Part shown: piece by piece, positions 1-11,281 of the stretch
Position numbering within the stretch: the first letter of the stretch is position 1
Layout of the letters: each line of letters starts with the position of its first letter
DNA from: Squalus acanthias
Lineage: Eukaryota
Assembly: GCA_030390025.1 (NCBI GenBank)
Contig: CM059432.1
Location: 75,766,001 to 75,830,000, forward strand
Direction of reading: 5' to 3'
DNA: 64,000 nucleotides
Program-made: the position numbers and the translations under genes
Notes under the pieces: generated by a model
What the model was told of the DNA's origin: nothing
What the model saw: only the letters and a program-made list of their open reading frames with translations
Database searches by the model: none

Positions 1-990
1 AGACCACCCATACAGCGGGTCTTCAGGGAGCACGTCTCCTACCCGAGCTTCACTGAGGAGCAATGCCTCAGGCGCCTTCCCGTCACAAAGGAGGCTGTCA
101 CTGAGCTATGTCACCTGCTGCAGCCGCAACTCGAGCCTCCAACCAGGGGATGGACAGCACTGCCTGTGGCTGCTAAGGTCACCATGGCCATTAACTTTTA
201 TGCAACAGGCTCCTTCCAAGCTGCAGAAGGTGACATCAGCGACATTTCCCAGTTTGCAGTCCACCGTTGTATCAGGGAGGTCACCGAGGCTCTCTATGCC
301 GGGAAGAATATTTATATCTCTTTCCCAATGGACAGAGCGAAGCAGGATGAGAGAGAACTAGGTTTTGCCCACATTGCAGGCTTCCCCAGGGTGCAAGGTG
401 CCGTAGACTGCACGCTCATTGCCTTGCGTGCATCCCATCACCACCCTAGCATCTTTCTGAATAGAAAGGGATTCCACTCCCTCAACATCCAGCTTGTTTA
501 TTACCACAGGCAGTGCATCATACAGGTCTGTGGCTGGTTTCCTGGCAGCAGTCATGATTCATTCATCCTGCGCTAGTTCTCTGTGCTGCCTTTATTTCAG
601 CCAGGTCACAAGCTGGCTACTTGGCCGCAGTGGCTATCCCTTTCAGACATGGCTCATGATGCCTGTCAGGAACCTGGGCGCAGCTGCAGAGCCATGCCGC
701 AACTAGAAACATCATTGAGCAAACTGTCTGCGTGCTCAAGCAACGCTTCCACTGCCTATCCCACTCTGGAGGAGCTTTGCAGTGCAGTCCTGACTCTATC
801 TCCAGATTTGTGGTCATCTGCTGCATGCTGCATAACTTAGAGATAATGAAGAACCAGTCCTTATCACCACCTGGGCAACAAGAAGGGCAGGAGGAGGGGG
901 AGAAGGATGAAGAGCAGGAGCAGTATTGACTACTACTGCCCCTAGCTGCCAGAGATCTTAGAGAACAGTTCATCCTAGATCGCTTCATGT
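1..990 (+). pseudogene. Degenerate PIF/Harbinger (HARBI1-type) DDE transposase, 5' end outside window
   Basis: ORFs 166-576 and 732-929 carry Harbinger motifs (LNFYATGSFQ-like, GFPRVQGAVDCT, NRKGFHSLNIQLV, FPGSSHDSFIL, LKQRFHCL, CCMLHN, acidic tail); broken by stops and deletions. Confidence 0.9.
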
Positions 991-1253
991 GAACCATCCC
1001 TCCCATCCCCAATACACCAAAGGTTCCACAATCCTTATCACCACCGTCTTTACTAACACCATTCAATTGCCTTTCTTTCACTCCAGTCTTATCGATCTTG
1101 CCCTCACTTCACTACAAATATTAACACCAACACTAAATCCAGAACAAAAAATTGATCAAACAACTCAATTCCATCTGTGTCTAATAGTCAACAGAAATAA
1201 ATAAGAATCACCCCTGTACAACCCATTAGCGATTGTCTTCTTTGCTCATTTAC

Positions 1254-1378
1254 CTATCCTAGGGATCCTATTGTGTGTTTCCCCAGCAGGATGTCCCTGC
1301 TTCTGTCCACCACCTGGACCAGGGCCTCCAACACGGCATCAGAAAATCTGGGTGCCCTCTCTGGATCTCTTCCTGCCA
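1254..1378 (-). pseudogene. Harbinger Myb/SANT-like gene, exon 1 remnant, convergent with the transposase at 1-990
   Basis: MAGRDPERAPRFSDAVLEALVQVVDRSRDILL matches the N-terminus of the other Myb/SANT ORFs in the window. Confidence 0.75.
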
Positions 1379-1574
1379 TTTTTTTCCATCTGGGAAAGTT
1401 TCCCTTTTGTCCGCAGCCAGAGTGTACCTCCCCTTTTAAAGGTTCTGACAGCATTTAAGTGGCGTCAGAGATGGCCAATTTCTCCCTCCTCCCAAACAGA
1501 CCTGCAATCAATGAAATGGTCGTACTTGCTCCACGCCCGAATCATTGTATTGAGCTGCCAGCATCAATTTCATA

Positions 1575-1787
1575 TGGTGCCATGGAATTTTTTACGTCCA
1601 CCCGAGAGAGCAGACGGGATCTCAGTTTAGCGTCTCATTTGAAAGACAGCCCCTCCGACAGTGTAGCACTCCCTCAACACTGCACTAAAGTGCCAGCATA
1701 GATTATATGCTCAAGTCTTTGGAGTGGGGTTGAACCCGCAACCTTCTGACTCCAAGGCAAAAGAGCCCGCACTGAGCCAAGGCTGAA
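1575..1787 (-). mobile_element. Deu-SINE (SacSINE1/AmnSINE1-like), tRNA-derived head plus core
   Basis: Minus strand reads TGGCTCAGTG (A-box-like) ... GGTTCAACCCC (B-box-like), followed by a core shared with 58212-58590. Confidence 0.75.
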
Positions 1788-1904
1788 ACCTAAGTCAAGT
1801 TTTACCCAAAATTAACAAGCATCTTGTAAATTCAAAAACATAATTCAACAAAATATATTATTTAACTCAGATGACATAGACTCCTGTTATGTTCCATATA
1901 CTGC

Positions 1905-2100
1905 ATAAGAACATAAGAAATGGGAGCAGGAGTAGGCCATTTGGCCCCTCGAGCCTGCTCCGCCATTCAATAAGATCATGGCTGATCTTCTACTTCCACA
2001 CCACTTTCCTGCACTATCCCCATATCCCTTGATTCCCTTAATATCCCAAAATCTATCAATCTTGGTCTTGAATATACTCAAGACAGAGATTGATAGATTT
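1905..2100 (-). mobile_element. CR1 LINE 3' end fragment
   Basis: IDRFWDIKGIKGYG C-terminus, conserved 3' hairpin GGCGGAGCAGGCTCG..GGCCTACTCCTGCTCC and TTCTTATG tail. Confidence 0.85.
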
Positions 2101-2376
2101 TTGAGTATTAATATACTATTTGATCATATGTTTGTACATATCCTTATAACGTTCAATCCTGTCGATAAGTAGATATTTATTCAGCTCTTTTTTTGGAGAT
2201 GTCAATCAACACAGCATTTACTGCATGGCTGTTTCATGTTTCCACTCTTCTGTGGTGGAAAGAAAAAGTTTATTATCTCTAGTCTTGCTTGAAGCTTGTA
2301 ATTTTAATCCTGTGTCTTCTAGTTCTGTGCTCACAGTCTAAGACAAATAGGGTGCTTACAATTTACATTATCTATT

Positions 2377-2547
2377 AAGAAAGAAAGACCTTGCTTTTAC
2401 ACAGTGCCTTATCACATCTCTCAGGGCATCCTAAAACACTTCACATCCAATGAATTACTTTTTGAAGTGCAGTCACTGTTGTTTTGTGGGTAAACACAGC
2501 AGCCAGCTTTCACACAGCAAGGTCCCACAAATAGCAAATGAGATAAT
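2377..2547 (-). mobile_element. Deu-SINE 3' part
   Basis: Reverse complement resembles 10220-10376; ends at the left TIR of the MITE at 2548. Confidence 0.65.
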
Positions 2548-2917
2548 GGCCGGTATTTTCCGATGCCTACGGGTGTGTACAGGCTGTATACACACCCGTA
2601 GGGACATCGAAAATGTCGGTTTCAGGCATGCGAAGCGCATGCGCTGAAAACCGGCATTTCTGATCTGTCAAGAATGCTCTTGACAGATCGGACGCCTGCC
2701 CTAGAGAAGGGCCTCTGCGGGCGGATAGTTCCGCTTTCTGGAGAACCTCCGCCCGCAGAAAACCCTTAGAAATCTTACGCCTGGTAAAAGCAGGCGTAAG
2801 GCCTGCTTTTACCAGCATAAGAGTTGAAAAAAGTAAAAAAAAATTTTTTCACTCATTTACAATTTAAAAATACTTTTTAAAAAAGGTAAGTTTATTTTTA
2901 GCCCCGTAAAAAACTTT

Positions 2918-5190
2918 GGCCCAAAAATTTGTGTTGATACGCGAGAGTACAAAAAACCTCCCTGGGATATCGGGAAAAATAGGGACATTGGCAAAGGAGG
3001 AACTGACGCAAATCAATATCTCTAAGGATATGGTGTTAAGGAAGCTAAAGGGATTGAAGGCGGACAAATCCCCAGGGCCTGATAACATGCATCCTAGGGT
3101 ACTGAAGGAGGTGGCCCTAGAGATAGCGGATGCACTAAGTATGATTTTTCAGAATTCATTAGACTCGGGAACAGTGCCCATGGATTGGAGGGTAGCTAAC
3201 GTTACCCCACTATTCAAAAAGGGGGGTAGGGAAAAAGCAGGTAATTACAGACCTGTAAGCCTTACATCAGTTGTGGGCAAAATGCTGGAGTCCATCATTA
3301 AGGATGAAATAGCGGAGCACTTAGCAAATGGGGACAGGATAGGACAGAGTCAACATGGATTTACAAAGGGTAAATCGTGCTTGACTAATCTATTGGAATT
3401 TTTTGAGGGAGTAACTGGTAAAATAGATGGGGGAGAGCCAGTAGATGTGGTGTACCTGGACTTCCAAAAGGCCTTCGACAAGGTCCCACATAAAAGATTA
3501 GCATGGAAAATTGAAGCTCATGGGATAAAGGGGAAAGTATTGACGTGGATAGAGAACTGGCTGTCAGATAGAAAACAGAGAGTTGGAATAAACGGCTCAT
3601 TTTCTGAATGGCAGGCAGTAACAAGTGGGGTACCACAGGGATCTGTCCTGGGTCCCCAGCTGTTCACAATTTACATTAATGACCTGGATCAGGGAGTCGG
3701 ATGCAGCATTTCCAAATTTGCAGACGACACTAAACTAGGAGGGGGGGTGGGCTCAGAGGAGGAGACCAGAAAGCTCCAGAGCGATTTGGACAGACTGGGT
3801 GATTGGGCGGATAAATGGCAGATGCACTATAATGTGGACAAGTGCGAAGTTATCCACCTTGGGTGCAGGAACGGGAGGGCAAATTATTATTTAAATGGCA
3901 ATAAATTGGGAGAGGGGGAAGTACAGAGAGACCTGGGTGTTCTTGTACACCAGTCACTGAAGGCGAGCATGCAGGTTCAACAGGCGGTCAAGAAGGCAAA
4001 CGGTATGCTGGCCTTCATAGCAAAAGGGTTGGAATACAGGAACAGGGATACCTTGCTGCAGCTGTACAGGGCACTGGTGAGACCACACCTCGAGTACTGT
4101 GTTCAGTTTTGGTCGCCTCATCTGAGGAAAGATGTTCTTGCCATGGAGGGGGTGCAGCGGCGATTCACCAGGCTGATACCAGGAATGGCGGGATTGACCT
4201 ATGAGGAGAGACTATGTAGTTTAGGGATGTACACACTGGAGTTTAGAAGATTGAGAGGGGACCTCATAGAAGTGTATAAAATTCTGACAGGTCTAGACAG
4301 ACTAGATGCAGAAGGAATGTTTCCCTTGGCGGGTGAGAACAGAACTAGAGGACATAATTTAAGGATAAGGGCTAAACCATTTAGGACAGAAATGAGGGGG
4401 AATTTCTTCACTCAGAGGGTGGTGAACCTGTGGAACTCATTGCTACAGAGGGCAGTGTACGCCAGCTCATTAAATATATTTAAGAGGGAATTAGATATAT
4501 TTCTACAGGCAAAAGGGGTTAAGGGTTACGGAGAGAAGGCGGGGACGGGATACTGAATTGGAGGATCAGCCATGATCTCATTAAATGGCGGAGCAGGCTC
4601 GAAGGGCCGGATGGCCTACTCCTGCTCCTATCTTCTATGTATCTATCTATGTATCTATGTAGTACGCACTGTGTACTCTCGCGTATTCTGTCTCCAATTG
4701 CCGGTTTTCTGCATGCACTGCGCATGTGCTGAAAACCGGCACTTGGTGAATGGAAAAGGGGGCGGTTCCTAGGTGAACCGCGTGCGCGCTACAGACTGCG
4801 CGCATGCAGTGCACTTAGTGGTTTCAACGCGCAGGTAAGTATTTAAAATGGTTAATTTATTTAACTATACTTATTTTATTAATGTGATGGTTTTTTTTAA
4901 ATTTAATTGAGGTTTAGCTGTTCTTTTGGGGGGCTATAGTATTCATAGCTTTCACAGCACTTATGTGAAAGTTATGAATGGAAGATGGTGTGCTGCCATT
5001 GGCTCTAACTGAGTCACGTGATCCCACAGCTCCCACGAATTAACTGCGCCTGTGGGATACGCAAGCCCAGCACAGCAGCTGTCCAGAACATCAAGTTCGT
5101 GCGAGCTGGAACTGAAAAAGCCAACGCGCAGTGAGAGATCGCGGGGAAGCCTTACCCTCGCACGAAGGCTTCCTCACGAATTTTTGGGCC
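2918..5190. mobile_element. MITE family B inserted in MITE A, itself carrying a CR1
   Basis: TIRs GGCCCAAAAATTTGTG / CACGAATTTTTGGGCC with TTT TSD (2915-2917, 5191-5193); internal part recurs at about 25990-26461. Confidence 0.8.
2951..4660 (+). mobile_element. 5'-truncated CR1 LINE with uninterrupted RT and C-terminal ORF2 frame (to 4556)
   Basis: KSPGPD, NYRPVSLTS, QHGF, DFQKAFD, GVPQGSVLGP, FADD motifs; CR1 3' hairpin and CTATGT tail; AGTAC TSD at 2946-2950 and 4661-4665. Confidence 0.95.
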
Positions 5191-5803
5191 TTTAATTATT
5201 TTTACAAAAAATTACATTTTTGTTTAAAATATTTAATTTATTGTAATTTTAACTCATTTTAAAAACGTGATGGTTTTGAAAAAATTTATTTAGGGGGAAA
5301 AATTTGGTTGGTTTGCGCCTCCCGTTAGCGCCTTAAGAGGGCGCTAATGGGGCGCAAAGCAACTAGCGCCCGGGCGCGGCGATATCTGCGCCACTCGTGA
5401 AATTGACCAGACATTTTGCGGCGGCGCTAAACACTACCACCACGATCTCCTGCGCCCGCAGATCTTGACGTCAGTCGAGCGTGCAACACCCTTGTGGCGC
5501 CCCGGACCGGATATTGAGTGGCGCCCCCCCTCCTTTTCGCCTGGTGCAAGCTACGACAGGGAGACTGGAATGTTTCCCAGTCGGTGTGGGGCTGGGGGAG
5601 CGCTATTTAAAGGCGGCCACTTCCTGGCTTTTTCTGTGATAGACATTTTTGCACCACTCATTCTGACAGAGAGAAAGATTCTGAGAGAGAGAAGGAGAGA
5701 CTTCTGCATAGAGTCAACGCTGTGTGAAGTAGTTTTGGCTACTGAGCATCACTTTGCAGGTACTTTTGGATTTGACCTTCATTACTTCGATTACCAAGAG
5801 ACT

Positions 5804-6944
5804 ATGGGGGCTGCACAGACTCGGGGCGTCGTCCTGCGCCTGCAGAATCGGAGGCAACAGAGACGCAGAGAGAGAAAGTGGCAATCATGGCCAGACGGAG
5901 GAGGGTCAACAGGCCTCTGTACAGAAGACCTTACCCTCCCAGGGTATTTCGGCAACAATTCTCCTACATTAGTTTGTCCGAGGAGCAGTGTTTGCGCAGG
6001 CTGCGCTTCAGCAAGGAGGTGGTCACTGAGCTCTACCACCTGCTGCAGCCAGATCTGCAGCCTCAACTGAGGACCAGGACGTCTCTATCGGTGGCAGTGA
6101 AGATCACAGTGGCTCTGAACTTTTATGCCACCGGCTCCTTTCAAGCAGCTACTGGGGACATCGCCAATATCTCCCAGTTTGCGGTCCATTGCTGTATCCG
6201 TCAGGTCACAAATGCCCTCTATAAAAGGAGATGCCAGTACATCTCTTTCCCGATGACCCGGACCAAACAGCATGAACGCGCATTGGGCTTGCGAGGATAG
6301 CGGGCTTCCCCATGGTGCAGGGCGCCATTGACTGCACGCATGTGGCATTGCGGGCACCGCATGAGAATGCAGAGGTTTTCCGAAACCGCAAGGTGTTCCA
6401 CTCCTTAAATGTCCAGTTGGTCTGTGACCACAGACAGCTGATACTCGCAGTCAATGCCCGCTATCCTGGCAGCAGCCATGATGCTTTCATCCTGCACCAG
6501 ACTGCTGTGCCAGAACTTTTCCAGGCACCGCATCAGCCAAGTGGTTCGCTCCTCGGGGACAAGGGTTATCCACTGTACACCTGGCTGATGACACCGCTCA
6601 GTAACCCCAACACCCCTGCTGAGCTGCGGTACAACGAGAGCCATCTCGCCACCAGGAACATCATTGAGCAGACGATCGGTGTGCTGAAGCAACGTTTCCG
6701 CTGTCTGGACCACTCAGGAGGAGCCCTGCAGTACTCGCCTGAGCGAGTCTCCCTCTTCATAGTTGTGTGCTGCATGCTGCATAATCTGGTAATCCTCAGG
6801 ACCCAGCCAATGCCACCAGGCCTTGGAGCACCACCGGAGGAGGAGGAGGAGGATGATCATCAGCAGCACCAAGGCGGGAGGGAGGCCCACAATGTTGAAA
6901 CTGCAAGGGCCGTCCGTCAACGGCTGATAACAAGCCGCTTCTAG
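5804..6944 (+). pseudogene. H1 Harbinger DDE transposase with two frameshifts (near 5875 and near 6290)
   Basis: ORFs 5878-6300 and 6312-6944: LRRLRFSKE HTH region, catalytic motifs GAIDCTH, GDKGYP, IIEQTIGVLKQRFRCL, and CCMLHN. Confidence 0.92.
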
Positions 6945-7928
6945 GCCCCTGCTGAGGAAATGGCTTCTGCCATGGAGAACAACATGAATGAAACCAACCC
7001 GCAACCCCTAAGCCGGCCAAGGCAGCAATGAGTCCAAAGGCCAAACCTGTACATTTTGAATACAAAAACTTTTTTATTTTACAAACTCTGTGTGTGTCAT
7101 TTCTTCATGACAAACTAATAGAAACAAACACAAAAAATCATTCATTAACATAACTGGTTCTCACAACCTGGAGATAATGTCCAAAACACTAAACAAAAGT
7201 TTGAACATCAACCTCGGCCTTTAATAAAAAATTGACCAACATTTCGTCACACCTCCTACTTTTTGCCCATCGAGGGTGATCTCCTTCCCTTGCGCACTTC
7301 CCACCCTACTGCTCCTCCGTAATGGGGCCCCAGTGGCTGCAGCAAGGCTGGTGGAAGGCTGCTGATTGTCAGAACCTGAGACTACAGATGCCCTTGAAGG
7401 AGGCCTCGACCAGCTCTGGGCCTGGAGGGCCCGGCTGCAGACTGCACCAACTCTGCATGGGCGACAGCAGTCTGGGCTACAGGCGGTGGCAAGTGCAATG
7501 GGGAAGTGACAGTGGTGGCAGCAGGAATGCTGTCATCTTGAGAGAGGACAGCAACTCCCTGCTCGACCGACACACTGGCACTCCCACGGGGCAGGACTTC
7601 AGCATCCGGAGCAATCTGCTGGAGCACAGATTGCTGGCCTGCTGCGGCGCGGTGAGAGCCCCGGGGAAATGTGTCCGAACCAGCGACAATGGCAGCAGTC
7701 AGTGCTTGCGTGGCCTCAATCTGAGTCTGCATGAGAGCAGTCAGAGATGGGGTCATGGCAGCCAATGACTGAATTGCAGCACTAAGCTTTAGCGTGGCAC
7801 CCGCCTGTGCTACAGCGAAGTGCTCTACACTCCTTGCCAGTGCATTCGGGCACCCTTCCCACTGCACCCATGAGCTGAGTGTGTATGTCCACTGCCTGGG
7901 TGTTCATTTCAGCAATGAGCCACTCCTC

Positions 7929-8250
7929 CGGGTTTCCTCCGGGTGCTCCGGTTTCCTCCCACAGTCCAAAAATGTGTGGGTTAGGTTGATTTGGCTATGA
8001 TAAATTGACCCTTAGTGTTAGGGGGGATTAAATATGTGGGGTTATGGGGATAGGATGGGATATGTTAGGGGGAATTAAATACGTGGGGTTACGGGGGTAG
8101 GGTGGGATATGTGTACTGTGGGGATTAAAGCAGGGACAGGGTACTGGATTTGGATGATCAGCCATGATCGTATTGAATGGCGGAGCAGGCTCGACGGGCC
8201 GAATGGCCTACTCCTGCTCCTAGATTCTATGTTTCTATGTTTCTATGTTT
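7929..8250 (+). mobile_element. HE1-like V-SINE, 5'-truncated, with CR1-derived tail
   Basis: V-domain GGGTTTCCTCCGGGTGCTCCGGTTTCCTCCCACAGTCC, CR1-type 3' hairpin, (TTTCTATG)n tail, probable CCTC TSD. Confidence 0.85.
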
Positions 8251-8894
8251 CCTCTGCGTTCAGTGCAGCAGGACTCGCTGGCCTACTCTCCCTCTGGGGA
8301 GAAGGCCCCCGAGCTTCCCTACCCCCATGGTGTTTCTGCAGCCCGCTGGGTCCTGGAGCTTCACCCTCATCAGACCCTTTCTCCCTGCTCCCCTCCAGGG
8401 AAGACGTGTTCCCAGTGTGGGCATGGGCTTCCTTGGGAGAGGGTGGTGCTGATGATCCGGCTTCCTCTTCCTCCTCGCCTGCAGCTTCACTCCCACTGGC
8501 AGCTTGAGGGCCCGTCTCCTCAGCTGGTGAATCACCATCTGAAAGCAGAGAGGTACAAGAGTGGCTTTAGCGTGAGGACAGGGGGGCAGTAAGGGAGGAA
8601 GGAGTGCAGCGATTTAGTAAGTTGGATTGAAAGTGTCAAAGGCTGGTGTTGTGAGGGACAAGTGGAATGAGAGAGGAGAGAAAGCTGATGACCTTACCAT
8701 TGCTGTCCCGAACGGGGTCGGCCTCTCCAGGGGCGACGGGACCGATCACCTGGCTTGCTACAATCCTGTGGACGCGCGCCTCAAGATCGCTGAGGGGTTG
8801 CAGCTGAGGCCGCCCTCCACCCGTCCGTTGCTGCTGTCTCCTATTATGAGATAGCTTGGCCTGCAAGAAAAAGGACGGCGTCTGAGTAAATATA

Positions 8895-9000
8895 CAGCCA
8901 TGGTCTTGCCTGATGTGCCTCCCATAATTGAATAGCCCTTAATGTAAGCAGCCATGGTCTTGCCTGATGTGCCTCCCATAATTGAATAGCCCTTAATGTA
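8895..9000. repeat. 54-bp tandem duplication in intron 1 of the H1 Myb gene
   Basis: CAGCCATGGTCTTGCC...CCTTAATGTA starts at both 8895 and 8949. Confidence 0.9.
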
Positions 9001-10136
9001 TGCAAAGTGTGGAATGTGCGTGTGTGTTTCATGAGAGGGCCATAGGTGTTGGATGAGTGTTGGGCATTGGGGTTTCAAGACCCTCTGGCCATTGAGTGAG
9101 GTTGAGATGGAGGGATGGAGAGGTATTGAAAAAAAGCCACTCACCCTGACGACCCGAGTGAGGTCGTTGAACTGTTTGCGACATTGTATATGGGTCCTGG
9201 GCACCATACTCCTGGAGGAGACATGCTGAGCCACCTCCCTCCACACTCTTCTGTAGTCGCGCGGCAAAGGCCTCCTGCCACTCTCAGGGAAGAGTATAGA
9301 TCTTCTGCGCTCCACCGCGCCAACCAGAGCCTCCAAGGCCCGCTCGCTGAAGCGTTGAGCTCGTTCTCTCACCCTCTCCATAGTCCTTGGCTGGAAAATG
9401 TAGTCACAGGTCTCTCCAGGCCGAGATTCAAGGCTCCAATGAGTAGGGTGTGGCTGGAGAGCAAGATCGACCCTCCCCTTTAAGAACTGTCCGGCGCCAG
9501 TGTGTCTGTGTTCCATCGCTAACTGACATCACCTGCACTGCGCCAGCGCTCTGAGTTAGCGCCTCGCTCCTCAGCCTTTCCGCCTTAAGACAGGTGTGCA
9601 GCGCCTGATTTAGCGCTCCAATCACCTCCAGGGGCGATAAAAGCCAAGTTTGCAGTCAGAGGTGATAATTAGCGGCAGGCGCTAAATTTTGCGCCTGGCC
9701 GATAATTGCGCCCCAAATGGGGCAATACTGAATTTCACCCCCTTAATGTTTTACTGTGTTTTTGGGGTGATCTCCATTCATATATTTGACAGGTCTATCT
9801 GTCAAAAGTATGAAGGGAGATTCCCTTCTCCTATTGGCTCCCTATGGCCCACGTGATCCCAGGGACGCTTGCGAACTGCATGCGCCTCTGGGATACGTGG
9901 ACCCTGCGCATTTCGACTTTGGAGAGGCCCAGGAGCGGAAGTGTCCGAACCTCAGGACCCCTCAGGTAAGTTTGTAGATTTTTTTCCGATAGGAGGCATC
10001 TGCACGCAGGAAGCCTCCTATCGGAAACTACGGGCCACTGTTTTAAGTATCTTGCATCTGCATATATTCCATTATAAATTACTGTGGCCACATTTATAAT
10101 GGAAACTGCCTATGTAAACTTAGCACAATGTAATTA

Positions 10137-10376
10137 GCAGGGGAGTTATCCCCGGTGTCCTGGCCAATATTTATCCCTCAACCAACATAACAAAAACAGA
10201 TTATCTGGTCATTATCACATTGCTGTTTGTGGGACCGTGCTGTATGCAAATTGGCTGCCGCGTTTCCCACATTACAACAGTGACTTCAAAAAATACTTCA
10301 TTGCCTGTAAAGTGCTTTGAGACGTTCGGTGGTCGTGAAAGGCGCTATATAAATGCAAGTCTTTCAAGTCTTTCTT
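10137..10376 (+). mobile_element. Deu-SINE 3' half
   Basis: Deu-core-like sequence ending AAGGCGCTATATAAATGCAAGTCTTTC; TAATTA TSD at 10131-10136 and 10377-10382. Confidence 0.8.
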
Positions 10377-11281
10377 TAATTACAGCCTCCCATCAGTGAT
10401 GGCAATATAGTGCCTGGTTTGCATCTCCCAGCTCTTCAGTCTCCACTGCAGAGAAACTCTAAAGCTAAACCAACTATACTGCTCTACTTTCCAAATTGGT
10501 GTCAATTTTGTCAAAGTATTATATAAAATAAGGATATATGGCCCCAGTTAACCCTATCCCCCTGGGCAGGAATGGGAAAGGTGATCAGTTAAAACTCCAC
10601 AAATGGACTTACTGCCCCTATCCACTGGAAACCAGCCAACCGCCATTTTAATTGTAGCACTGAAATGTGTCAGAAAGGCACTCACTGGAAACAGGCAAGG
10701 GATGAATAAATATATGCAAATCAGAATTTCATGAGGTCATTGGGACTCCACGGGCTGGATTTTCAATGACCCGTGGAGTCGGGTTTGGAGGCGTGTGGGG
10801 GGTTAAAGTTGCAGATTCGGGGGTCCCGACCCCATCCCGACTCCAACACACCTCCACGCAATTTTGACAAAATCGGTCGCGGGGTTCCCGACTCCGTCCC
10901 GCCTCCAAGAGGCGGGAGAGACCATTAACCCCCTTAATAATCCCTAAAGTGGTTCAGTAATGCCATTTTGAAGCATTTTAGGTAGTTTAACCCTTTTCCC
11001 ACGTGAAGCACGCCTGATGGGAAACACTCCAGTGAAACCTGGCGGGAGCACAAGTGGATTGCTGACTCTAAGCTGCAGCTCAACCTTTAAATAGGAGATT
11101 TGATCAGCCATCAATTGCAGGTGGCAGGACTTTGTTGTCACAGGTCTGGGGGAACTTTTAGAAGGCATAACCACAGCTCTGGAAGTTTGGAGCCTGACAC
11201 CCATCTCCAGTGTGACCTCCTGGGAAACCCCTCTCGCCACCCTCATTGAGCGCTTCCTCAACTGAGACATATACCAGAGGC

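Larger units (their letters stand above)
7256..9381 (-). pseudogene. H1 Myb/SANT-like DNA-binding protein gene, 3 exons (9381-9145, 8860-8698, 8538-7256), exon 3 disrupted by a SINE
   Basis: MERVRERAQRFSERALEALV...WREVAQHV...QCRKQFNDLTRVVR then GTGAGT donor; TTGCAG acceptor, AKLSHNRRQQQRTGGG, GTAAG donor; TTCAG acceptor; intron phases 0 and 1. Confidence 0.85.
5293..9742. mobile_element. Full-length two-gene PIF/Harbinger DNA transposon (element H1)
   Basis: Imperfect TIRs GGGGGAAAAATTTGGT / ACTGAATTTCACCCCC, TTA TSD (5290-5292, 9743-9745), transposase on + and Myb/SANT gene on -. Confidence 0.93.
2548..10036. mobile_element. MITE family A (about 755 bp when empty), expanded to 7.5 kb by nested insertions
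   Basis: TIRs GGCCGGTATTTTCCGAT / ATCGGAAACTACGGGCC, flanks AAT/ACT; segments 2548-2917, 5191-5292 and 9743-10036 join into the reverse complement of the intact copy at 43106-43860. Confidence 0.85.

Noticed and set aside
2916..2950. N-terminus of the 546-aa ORF as a real start
   Set aside because: It starts at a TTG at the MITE B left TIR boundary and reads into the truncated CR1 by chance.
5804..9381. Domesticated host genes HARBI1, NAIF1 or MSANTD
   Set aside because: The genes are bounded by TIRs and a TSD, frameshifted, interrupted by a SINE, and have several paralogous remnants nearby.
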